From contig KE561074.1 of assembly GCA_000442015.1 (NCBI GenBank), positions 1-60,658 of the forward strand: a stretch of DNA of 60,658 bases, in the 5' to 3' direction. Positions 34,529-44,263 of this stretch are shown here, one piece after another; within the stretch, counting starts at the first letter, position 1; every line of letters begins with the position of its first letter. The DNA is from Rozella allomycis CSF55 (Eukaryota). The notes under the pieces are model-generated. The model ran no database searches. It had not been told where the DNA came from and saw nothing but the letters and a program-made list of their open reading frames with translations. The translations under genes and the position numbers were made by a program.

Positions 34529-34894
34529 ATAAACATTCATTTTTCATTATTTATTATTACGCCACCAATTGTATGTTGAAGCGATTTCTATCTAAAGAGG
34601 CCTTCTCATTTCCCGGTTGCCCTTCTACAAAATTTGTGACAAAGATGGAATTCATCCAGCATCGTCAAACNCCACAAGAGGAAACTCCTTCACTTCATTG
34701 AAGGAGGGGACACTGGTAACCGTGAAGATAAGATCAATGGATTGATCCGTCAAATGAANTCACAAGAGAAAACTCCTTCACTTCATCGAAGGAGGTGACA
34801 CTGGTAACCGTGAAGATAAGATCAATGGATTGATCCGTCAAATGAACTAAATAAACATTCATTTTTCATTATTTATTATTACGCCACCAATTTT

Positions 34895-36219
34895 ATGTTG
34901 AAGCGATTTCTATCGAAAGAGGCCTTCTCCTTTCCCGGTTGTCCTTCTACAAAATTTGTGACAAAGATGGAATTCATCCAGCATCGTCAAACCTTTCCTA
35001 TATATCGTGTTTTAGACAATGATGGGAATGTAATCGATGCGTCCAATAATCCAGCTAATGTACATGAATTATGCAATTATAATAGATTGATAGAGACATT
35101 TGCCTTAAAATTTACAAGGACATGTTATTGTTGAACAGACTTGATCAAGTTTTGTACGATGCCCAAAGGCAGGGTAGAATTTCCTTTTACATGACCAATT
35201 ATGGAGAAGAAGCAATTCATATGGGATCTGCCGCTGCCCTTAATCCATCTGATGTTGTTTTTGGGCAATATCGAGAAGCGGGTAAATCATTGTCGTTTAT
35301 TTCAATAGGGGTGCTTTTGTATAGAGGATTTAAACTGGATGAAATTATGAATCAATGTTTTGCTACCTGTGATGATCCAGGAAAAGGACGGCAAATGCCA
35401 ATTCATTATGGGTCTGCAAGATTAAACTTTCACACGATATCTTCTCCTCTTGCAACTCAAATACCTCAAGCTGCAGGTGCCGCATATGCTCTTAAACTAC
35501 AAAAGACAGGAAACTGTGTGATTTGCTATTTTGGAGAGGGCGCGGCATCGGAAGGCGATTTTCACGCAGCATTAAATATGGCGGCAACTACAGATTCACC
35601 TGTAATATTTTTCTGGTATCTTATCTTTATATATTTGTTGTAGCCGAAATAATGGATATGCCATCTCTACACCCACCAATGATCAGTATCGGGGAGATGG
35701 AATTGCAGCACGGGGCCCTGCCTATGGTATCCACACTATAAGAGTAGATGGAAATGACGTATTTGCAGTTTTTAATGCCACTAAGGAAGCCAGGAGGTTG
35801 ACGGTTGAAAAGAACCAACCTGTATTGATTGAAGCTATGACGTATAGGGTTGGTCATCATAGCACATCCGATGACTCTTCGGCTTATAGATCAAAAGAGG
35901 TAGAATAAAGAAATCTTCATATTAGGAAGTTGAAAAGTGGAGATCAAATTATAATCCAGTGGTTAGATTTCGCAAGTATTTGGAGAAAAGGGATTGGTGG
36001 AACGCTAATGATGAATTAGAAGTACAAGAAAGTATAAGGAAAGAAGTTTTGAAAGAATTTTCTGCAGCAGAAAAGAAAAAGAAACCATCAATCGATGAAG
36101 TATTTACAGACGTCTACGATGTTCTTCCTCCTCACTTATTGGAACAACAACAAAAATTGAAAGAACATCTCGAAAAATATAAAGATGAATACAATCTGGA
36201 CGATCATTTGATTAAATAA
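34895..36219 (+). CDS. BCKDHA: Branched-chain alpha-keto acid dehydrogenase E1 alpha subunit, mitochondrial
   Basis: [65 protein letters not shown] and [13 protein letters not shown]; 4 tiny introns. Confidence 0.96.
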
Positions 36220-36269
36220 AGGGTCATTTTATTGCTCATGCTAGTAGAACATTTCTGTAAATTTTCAAA

Positions 36270-36910
36270 ATGTTGGCGGGTGAGATTGATAACACTAGCA
36301 GTTCTCAACCCCAATTATCAACATTAGCTACCTCTGAAAATAAAAAAATTGTAGTAGTGGGGTCTGGAGGGAGTGGGAAGAGTTCAATTGTCACGAGATT
36401 AATTAACAACAGCTTTAACGAAGAGTACCAACAAACCATTGGCGCAGATATGTTTGTCAAGCAAATATCAAATAGTTCGTAAATAGTTTTATGTTATTCA
36501 AGTAGAAAAAAGCACACACTACAAATATGGTCATGTGGTGGCCATGAGAGGTATCGATCATTATACGAGCAGTTTTATGAAGATTGCGATGTAAGTTGCC
36601 TATTTCTTAATTTATAATAGTGCGTGCTGGTTGTTTTTGACATGACAAATGAAGCATCATTTCAGGATGCCTTGTTTTGGCATAATGAAATTAGGCGATG
36701 CATTCCTGAAGCCCTATCATATTTAATTGGAAATAGAGTAAAATAAGAAATACTTTCTAAAAGATTGACGAATCTGACAAAGTAAAAATAAACATTGAAG
36801 ATGCAGCAAAACAAGCCAAAACATGGAACATGACTTTCAAGCCGGTTTCCGCAAAGACCGGACAAGGAATTTCAGATCTATTTGCTGAGATATCTGACGC
36901 GATTCCTTGA
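36270..36910 (+). CDS. Atypical Rab-like small GTPase (no prenylation motif), 3 introns
   Basis: Spliced: GSGGSGKSS, YQQTIGADMF, LQIWSCGGHERYRSL, VVFDMT, IGNR|ID, VSAKTGQGI; ends ISDAIP*. Confidence 0.85.
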
Positions 36911-36986
36911 GAATTTCTAAATAAATTAAATTATACCAGAGATGATCTCATTAGTCATTCATTTCGAAAAATTTGTTATTAAATAT

Positions 36987-37337
36987 ATGGCGGTAGAGCA
37001 CGTCGTTTTCCTAAAAGTACTTTGAATTGATTTAATTATTCAAGTTAAAGCAAATGAATTCTGAGGAATGGAGAACTATTTCAGAGACTTTCCATGGAAT
37101 GAAAAACAAAATCCCTGGCATTTTAGACATGTCCATTGGAAGCAATTTTAATGCAGAGAGAAATAAAGGTATCGATCCTTTTCTTAATTTAAATGAAAAG
37201 GATTCACGCACGCATTACGTGTAAAGTTTCAAGACGAACAATCTTTACAAAAATATGCAGATCATCCGCTTCATTTGCATTTTAAAAAGCTTCTTGTTCA
37301 CGAATCAGATCCGATATGCCTGGATTGGAAATGTTAA
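36987..37337 (+). CDS. Dabb / stress-responsive A/B barrel protein, 2 introns
   Basis: Spliced: MAVEHVVFLK|LK...KIPGILDMSIGSNF...K|GFTHALRVKFQDEQSLQKYADHPLH...ICLDW; canonical HxV, IPG, GFTH and YxxHPxH motifs. Confidence 0.88.
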
Positions 37338-37382
37338 TAAATTGATCTTCCTTGATTTTCACCAAGCCTCACAGTATTTTAT

Positions 37383-38553
37383 ATGAGTGCACCACGACGT
37401 GAACTTTATACATACTCTGCACCTTGGCAGGTTTATTCCATTGATTGGTGTAGTCATCCAGCCATTCCTTATACTATAGCATTGTCCAGCTATGTAATGT
37501 CTAAAAAGAACGCAGTAAAACTAGTCCAGCTTGTTAATAGATTCAAGTTATTAGCTATGATGGAGACAAAGATAATTTTGAGCTCCTAGGTCAAGCCGAA
37601 CTACACTTTCCTGTTACAAAGGTGATGTGGTCCCCGTCAAAGGTAAAATATTCGAAATAATGCAATATACAGTCTCAAGATAAATCAATTCTTGCAACAT
37701 CTAGCGATAAACTTCGATTGTGGAAATTAGATGAAAAATATCAAGGCAGCGGTAATGGAAGATTTGAAATACAACCAATGTCTACACTGGTCAATGTAAA
37801 AAATTTCATTATATTATAAAGTCGAAAACAAACGAAGTATCTGCTCCTTTAACTTCATTTGATTGGAGCACAAGTGATCCAAATCTTCTAGTCACAAGTA
37901 GCGTTGATACAACATGCACCGTTTGGAATTTGCAAGTAATTGAGAAAAGGATTTAAAATGTAGACTCAGCAAGTTAAGACACAACTTATCGCTCACGACA
38001 GAGAAATATTTGATGTTTCATTTTCTTCGTCGCCTAACATTTTTGGTACCGTAGGCGCAGACGGATCTCTGAGAACATTCGACTTGAGGTAAACTTTTTT
38101 TATTAATCTTGTCTAGAAATTTAGAACATTCGACAATTTTATACGAAACTAACGATGCCTCTCCTTTGATGAGATTATCATGGAACAAAATGGAAGAAAA
38201 TTACATTGCAGTTATCAAGATGCATTCCAGTGGAATAATTATATTAGATACCAGGATGCCCAGCTTACCTGTAAACGAACTACAGGGCCATGTCAATTTT
38301 GTCAATTCTTGTGCTTGGTCTCCACATTCCCCAACGACTCTTTGTTCTGCAGGTACAGAATAATTACATTGTAAATGCAGGCGACGACCAGTCGGCTCTG
38401 ATATGGAACGCCTCTAAATCAAGTAATGGCAAGACGGAGCCAAGTTTGGCTTATAATGCTGATGGTACAATTGCCCAGGTTTCTTGGTCTAAATTTCAAC
38501 CCGAATTTTTGGCGATATCGTATAGTAATAAAGTTCAAGCTCTTCGTTTATAA
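37383..38553 (+). CDS. DCAF7: WD40 protein DCAF7/WDR68 (AN11/YPL247C family), multi-intron
   Basis: YTYSAPWQVYSIDW, APLTSFDW, SSVDTTCTVW, KTQLIAHDREIFDV, VGADGSLRTFDL|RNLEHSTILYE and AGDDQSALIW. Confidence 0.92.
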
Positions 38554-38586
38554 AACAATAAATTCATAGTTTTGTGGCGTTGTCAC

Positions 38587-39906
38587 ATGAAAATTTGCAA
38601 AAAGTTGAAACAGACAATTAATTCACGTTATTTGGACGAAGAACTACTTGAAATACTTTCAAATTCCTTCCAAAACAATCTCTCGATTGTCGACTCTCCT
38701 TCATCTTCGTACGTGGTAGGCGAACCATTTTCCGTATGCGTGCTAAAGGATATATTTGACACAAATTTTGTAAAAGATGTTAAAAAGGAGCTTCTAAGTA
38801 CATTTTTCATTCAAAAATCAAATGATCTTTATGATTTTTATCAATCAAGTGATCTTAGTGACATTCAAACACCATACTTGAAAGAACTTAGAGAGACAAT
38901 ATTCTCAGAGACGATGATAAACATGATTTCAAAAATAACAGGATGTACACTTAACGACTATATCATGCTTGCTGGACAGAGATATCCCGAAAATGGCTAT
39001 TTATTGTGTCACGATGATAAATTAGAAGGAAGAAGAGTTGCATTTATTCTATACCTTGTTGATGAAAACTGGAAAGAAGAAGACGGAGGTGAATTAGCCT
39101 TGTTTGATTGTATTGACAATCTACCAAACAAAATTGTTGACAAGGTGGTTCCAAAATTTAATTCCTTTGCATTTTTTGAAGTTACTCCTACTTCTTATCA
39201 TCAAGTATGCGAAGTATTGAGTAAAATGGAACGCGTTTCCATAACTGGTTGGTTTCATGGACCACCCAGAGAATTCGATTGTGAAAAGAAATGGGAAATA
39301 GCGAAAGAGATTGTTAATCCTTTCTCTCTGGCTAAATGGATTAACCCGGTTTATTTAAAAGACTCGTCGCTTTCGCAGATCAGTGAAAAGTTTATAGATG
39401 AATCCAGTGTTATGTTGAACGATTTTATCAAGCCAGATGTTTTGCTAAAGTTTTTGGGATCTCAATTTGAAATGAAGCTTAAAGGACCTGCGAACGCCTG
39501 CTCCTACTATGCACCTACTGAAGTTGTTCCTTTGTATGCTTTTCTTCAATCTCATGAATTTATATCTTTCATTGAAAAAATAAGCAATATGAGCTTAAAG
39601 GTGCTGCAGGCAGAATTGCAAAAGTTTGGCCATCGCAATTATACCTTAGTTAATGATAATTTTCTTGATCCTGAAGGATTAGATGTTCTTTACTTTGCTA
39701 TGAACAATGATTGGTGCGAAGAATGGGGAGGCCTTGTTCATTACATTTCCGGCAAGGACACGCTGCTATCAATTCCACCCACCTGCAATACTCTGACTTT
39801 GGTCATGCGAGACTCCGAAGTTATTAAATTCGTAAAGTACGTGAATAGCCAAGCAAGAAGCGAATATTTCTATCTTTTCTCTGCCATTCTTAATGAAAAG
39901 GAATGA
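38587..39906 (+). CDS. OGFOD1: Prolyl 3-hydroxylase OGFOD1/Tpa1 (2OG-Fe(II) oxygenase, two-domain)
   Basis: KSNDLYDFYQS, YLLCHDD, RRVAFILYLV, DGGELALFD, SYHQVCEV and RVSITGWFH; second degenerate domain with WGG and KFVKYVN. Confidence 0.93.
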   Translation: MKICKKLKQTINSRYLDEELLEILSNSFQNNLSIVDSPSSSYVVGEPFSVCVLKDIFDTNFVKDVKKELLSTFFIQKSNDLYDFYQSSDLSDIQTPYLKELRETIFSETMINMISKITGCTLNDYIMLAGQRYPENGYLLCHDDKLEGRRVAFILYLVDENWKEEDGGELALFDCIDNLPNKIVDKVVPKFNSFAFFEVTPTSYHQVCEVLSKMERVSITGWFHGPPREFDCEKKWEIAKEIVNPFSLAKWINPVYLKDSSLSQISEKFIDESSVMLNDFIKPDVLLKFLGSQFEMKLKGPANACSYYAPTEVVPLYAFLQSHEFISFIEKISNMSLKVLQAELQKFGHRNYTLVNDNFLDPEGLDVLYFAMNNDWCEEWGGLVHYISGKDTLLSIPPTCNTLTLVMRDSEVIKFVKYVNSQARSEYFYLFSAILNEKE

Positions 39907-40015
39907 AAACATTTTCAATAAATTCATTTAAATGCATTAGTAAAAATCGTCTTGTTTCAGTTAATGTTATTGACCTTTGGCTATATTTCATCTTGTGAAA
40001 TTGTGGCTTGCTGGC

Positions 40016-40486
40016 ATGTCAAAAATATTCCTGCTTGCCTTATTTGTCATTGGTTTTTGTAATGCTTATCCAGCTACACCACGACTAGAAAGAATTTGGT
40101 CACGAGTTAAAAATATTTCTGGTTGTTTTCCCAATTGCAAGCCGAGAAAAGTAACAGAAAAGAACGAGTCGCTTGAATCGTCATTGATTAGCCATCCTAT
40201 AATTTACATAGAGTCCGATACGCTTAACTCTGGAAGTGATAGTTTGATGGGTCATTGTGCCAGTTTTAGTCGACAACTTACATCCTCGCCATCGGAATTA
40301 GTCATTGATGGCTCCAGTGAGAGTGTCCCTTTGAACAATAATGATAATGTTGGAAACAAACAGTCCGAAGATACTCTATATCATCCATTGCGCGGCTCAT
40401 CGACTGAAACAGAATATGCTTCAAGCATAGATGATGTATATGATAGCACACTATTCCGAGCACAGAAGGAACTAGAACCTTATTAA
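40016..40486 (+). CDS. Small secreted Ser-rich hypothetical protein (156 aa), intronless
   Basis: Signal peptide MSKIFLLALFVIGFCNA|YP followed by a low-complexity body; no family recognised. Confidence 0.6.
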   Translation: MSKIFLLALFVIGFCNAYPATPRLERIWSRVKNISGCFPNCKPRKVTEKNESLESSLISHPIIYIESDTLNSGSDSLMGHCASFSRQLTSSPSELVIDGSSESVPLNNNDNVGNKQSEDTLYHPLRGSSTETEYASSIDDVYDSTLFRAQKELEPY

Positions 40487-40731
40487 TTCACCATACACAT
40501 CATTGCAGCAATTCAATAAAGTTGATAAACTTATTAACTAAAAATTCTNTATAGATGATGTAGATGATAGCACACTATTTCGAACACAGAAGGAACAAGG
40601 ACCTTATTAATTCACCATACACAGCATTGCAGCAATTCAATAAAGTTGATAAACTTATTAACCTTACTTACTTTAAAAATTCTATTCATCTCACATGAAA
40701 ATGCACATATAAAGTTACTAAATTTATTTAA

Positions 40732-41090
40732 CTAATAAGCAAAACCACCAAGTTGTTTAGTCTATATATACCACCTAAATATATTACTTTGGCTTCAATC
40801 ATATCACCATCTTCCAATCCAAGAGATTCTGGCGTCGCGTCTTTTTCGATTTCATCACCATCAAACATGAATCTAACAGAGGTTGAATTCTTTCCGGTTT
40901 TATCACAAAAGGAATCCATAATTTTTCTCATAGCAGTAGTCTTTTTGACCTTGAACGCTAGTTCTGAACCATCCTAAATAAACCTTTTCAACAAGTTTTA
41001 CACTTGCTTTGACACTATAATATGGAAAAAATATTTTTACGTTAGTTTGATCAAGTCTGGTTTGTTTTCTTCTGCACCGAGTTCACCCAT
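40732..41090 (-). CDS. SUMO (Smt3-like) ubiquitin-like modifier; introns 41015-41040, 40974-41001, 40762-40787; 13-nt microexon
   Basis: Spliced: IKLT|VKAS|DGSELAFKVKKTTAMRKIMDSFC...VRFMFDG...TPESLGLEDGDMIEAK|TKQLGGFAY*. Confidence 0.9.
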
Positions 41091-41274
41091 TCAAATTTTC
41101 TTTTCAGAAATTTCTAATTGACAAGTACAAATATAAGTTGTTAAAAGACTAAAAAGTCATATAATTTTATTTAATATGTTTAACTCAAATTTCAATTTCT
41201 ATTTTTTCAGGTGACTAAAAATAACGCGCGTAAAAAGCAGCCATTTGTTGCTCAGCCACAGTAAATTTTTTTAC

Positions 41275-42758
41275 ATGCAGTTCTGGGGACTTCAAGTTGA
41301 GCCAACCAAATTATATTCACAAACTGTTGATGCATCATACAAGGTGACTATGGTAAGCTAGATTTTGTAGTTTTAGTAGGCCGCTATAGACCCATCAGCT
41401 AAAGATGGAGAAAAGGTCGTTTTGAAGGTCCGTGTGAACAATGATATGGAGTTTGTATTGTGTACTCTTGTTGCTGGACGTGTAAGAATATATGTGTGTT
41501 AATATATAAGCTTAACCAACAAATTATGGACCACGCGTTTACGATGGGAGAGGATGTTGTATTTTTCACTGCTGGAAAGAGCGCTATTCACTTGACTGGA
41601 TACTATCTTGAAGAAGACATTGATGAAATGGAAGAGGAGTTGTCTGAAGAGGATATGACAGATTCTGAGGAAGAAGTGTCTGAAGAGGAAGTTGAAGACT
41701 TGAAGAAGGATGCTGAAGCTAAGATTGTAGAATTGAAGGAAGAGCCAAAAGTAGAAAGCCCAGTGAAGGATTCTGCACACGCCAGTGAGACTGAAGTTGT
41801 TAAGGGAGATGTTGAGATGGAAGCTAAAGATGAAGAATCATCTGATGAAGAAAGCGACGAAGAGGCTGAAATGACAAAAGAAGAAGTTATTTCTTTATTG
41901 AAGCAACAAGGACATTCAGAAAAGGAAATTGAAGAAATGTTGAATGGCGAAGATGACGACAGTGAAGAAGAAGATGAAGACAGCGAAGGTGAAGAAATGA
42001 CCAAAGAGCAATTCGTTGAATTGTTGAAAGCTGAAGGAAAGACTGATGAAGAGATTGAAGAAATCTTAGCTGAAGAGGAAGACGAAGATGAAGAATTTGA
42101 ACAAATTGTTGAATCTTTGAAGAAGGAAGGATACAGTGATGAACAAATCCAAGAAATGCTTGAACAAATGGCTGATGATGATGAAGTTGATTCTGATGAA
42201 GAAATCAAAGAAAATTCAAAGCGTCAAAAGAAACAAGACGAAAAGCCAAACAAGAAGCAAAAGGTTGAAGAAACTCCAAAGAAGGAAAAGAAGAATGAAA
42301 AGAAAGTAAATGAAACCCCAAAGCCTGCTGAAAAGAAAGTCACTGAAACTCCAAAGAAGGCTGCTGAAAAGAAAGTAGCTGAAACTCCAAAGAAAGTCGC
42401 AGAGACCCCAAAGAAAGAGTCAAACAAAAAGACTCTTGCAAATGGACTCGTAATTGAAGATAGAAAGGTTGGAGATGGAAAGAAAGCTTCAAAGAACAAC
42501 AAGGTTGCTGTCCGCTACGTTGGAAAACTTTCAAATGGAAAAGTTTTTGATTCAAACACCAAAGGAAGACCATTTGAATTCGTTCTTGGAAAAGGTCAAG
42601 TCATTAAAGGATGGGATCTCGGTATTGAAGGAATGGCAATCGGCGGTGAAAGAAGATTGGTCATCCCAGCTCCATTAGCTTATGGCAAACAAGGCGCTGG
42701 TGATATCCCAAAGAATGCAACCCTCACTTTCGATGTTAAACTTTTGGCCATTAAATAA
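41275..42758 (+). CDS. Nucleoplasmin-like FKBP peptidyl-prolyl isomerase (Fpr3/Fpr4 type)
   Basis: N-terminal [10 protein letters not shown]...IHLTGYY nucleoplasmin-like domain, acidic and ETPKK repeats, C-terminal FKBP ([27 protein letters not shown]); 2 introns. Confidence 0.95.
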
Positions 42759-42817
42759 AGCATTGTTTTAATTATATTTCTATTACATTCTAAAACAAAC
42801 AATCATCCTTTTATTTA

Positions 42818-43416
42818 TTATAGCGAAGTTAACCAAGTGAAAGCATAGCCCAAAATAACTACAGCTAAAAGGGACACAAACAGACAAACCCAAACAGCGG
42901 GACTAAAAATAGTTTTCTGTGTTAAGAAATATTCTGTTGTTGATGTGGACTCAAAAACAATAGAAAATGGAACATCCCCCAATTGGTCCACCAAGGCACG
43001 AATCGTTTCATGAGAAAAATCAACAGGAATACCATCCTCATTGCGTTTCACATTACCCAAATTAATTTCCACCGCCAATTTCTCATTATTATCTTGCTCA
43101 TTCCTAAACGCCGTAGCATCAAACGCATCCGCACGTATAAATGTAAAAAGGTCTCGCGAAAAGACCTTTTCATTAGAAAAACCTTGAAATATCATATTGC
43201 TATAAAATGGCTCTTTATCTTTCAAGTATATAAAATCCTTGGGGTGAATCTATTCAGCCAAACAAACAAAATATTACATCCTGCTTTACATGCAAAATCA
43301 GTCGAGAACTGTATAACAATCAATAAAATCTATTACTCTTGGTTATTTTTTGATAGTACGACACTCTGGCTAAACGCAGATAAAGCTACAAGAACAATCG
43401 TAGTGATTATCAACAT
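42818..43416 (-). CDS. Probable V-ATPase assembly/accessory type I membrane protein (Voa1/Ac45-like), 2 introns
   Basis: Signal peptide MLIITTIVLVALSAFS. The C-terminal IFSPAVWVCLFVSLLAVVILGYAFTWLTSL resembles the Ac45/Voa1 FxPxI...L.SL TM domain. Confidence 0.55.
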
Positions 43417-43464
43417 TCCGAAATTCCAAAATTACTTTTACTTGGATTTCATACATAAACTTTG

Positions 43465-43974
43465 ATGTCTAGGCTAGATATAAAAGATGTGAATCCAACT
43501 CCTACACGATTTTTGAAAGAATGCGGTGCAGAGATTTTCACGCCGCGTCTGGCTGATGAGCTAAATGTATTTGAAAATTCATTCGAGGCTCAAGTACGCA
43601 AAGAGAATACTAATACCAAAGGAGGATTAGTGGCAGCAGACTCGAAACTTGTGAATGTCAACCTGTCCCCTAATGCAGATATGACTACTACACAGACTAT
43701 GATTATCGATATATCCAATCAGCAAGAAACGGCAGAAAATACATGTGAATCTACAATGCAGCCTTGTCCTAGTAGCGACAGCGAGGTTAGCAAGAGAATG
43801 CAAAACTTGGAACGGAACAGATTAGCGGCATTCAAGTGTCGGCAGAAGAAAAAGATGCAGCTAAAAGAAATGGAATCAAGGATAGAAGAGTTGTACAAAA
43901 CAAATAGATTATTGAAAGAAAGAGTCAAGGTATTGGAAAAGGAAGTCATAAGAAAAAGAAAAGCAAATAATTAA
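43465..43974 (+). CDS. ATF/CREB-type bZIP transcription factor (ATF2/Atf1-like)
   Basis: KRMQNLERNRLAAFKCRQKKK basic region plus leucine heptads; N-terminal NPTPTRFL...LNVFENSF. Confidence 0.88.
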   Translation: MSRLDIKDVNPTPTRFLKECGAEIFTPRLADELNVFENSFEAQVRKENTNTKGGLVAADSKLVNVNLSPNADMTTTQTMIIDISNQQETAENTCESTMQPCPSSDSEVSKRMQNLERNRLAAFKCRQKKKMQLKEMESRIEELYKTNRLLKERVKVLEKEVIRKRKANN

Positions 43975-44263
43975 TTCATATCTAGTTTACATTAATAAAT
44001 GTATGGAAAATGCGTTAGTAACTTAGTCTTCATATATATTACACTTGCTTTAAAAACATATTAAAACGTACAAATTTATCGAGAAAATATTGATATTAAT
44101 ATCAATAAATCGAGGCTACATGTTATTCATTAGGTACGATGTCTTAAGGTTCTTTCATTTCATATGTTACATTTTAGAATGACTCAAAATTTACAATAGA
44201 ACCTTAAACCTTGTTTCTAAAATTGGGTCACACTTGTAACAAGAAAAACGCCACTCAGTCCAG

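Noticed and set aside
34432-34990. Apparent triplication of the RPL7 3' end and duplication of the BCKDHA 5' end
   Set aside because: Copies abut single 'n' joins (34671, 34759) and differ by a few substitutions, as expected of overlapping contig ends or alleles rather than a real repeat.
40428-40662. ~110-nt direct repeat of the secreted-protein 3' end
   Set aside because: Separated by the n at 40549 with a few mismatches; likely allelic overlap.
41603-42502. Long antisense Ser/Phe-rich ORFs (also 25241-25837, 30975-31475)
   Set aside because: Shadows of Glu/Lys-rich sense codons.
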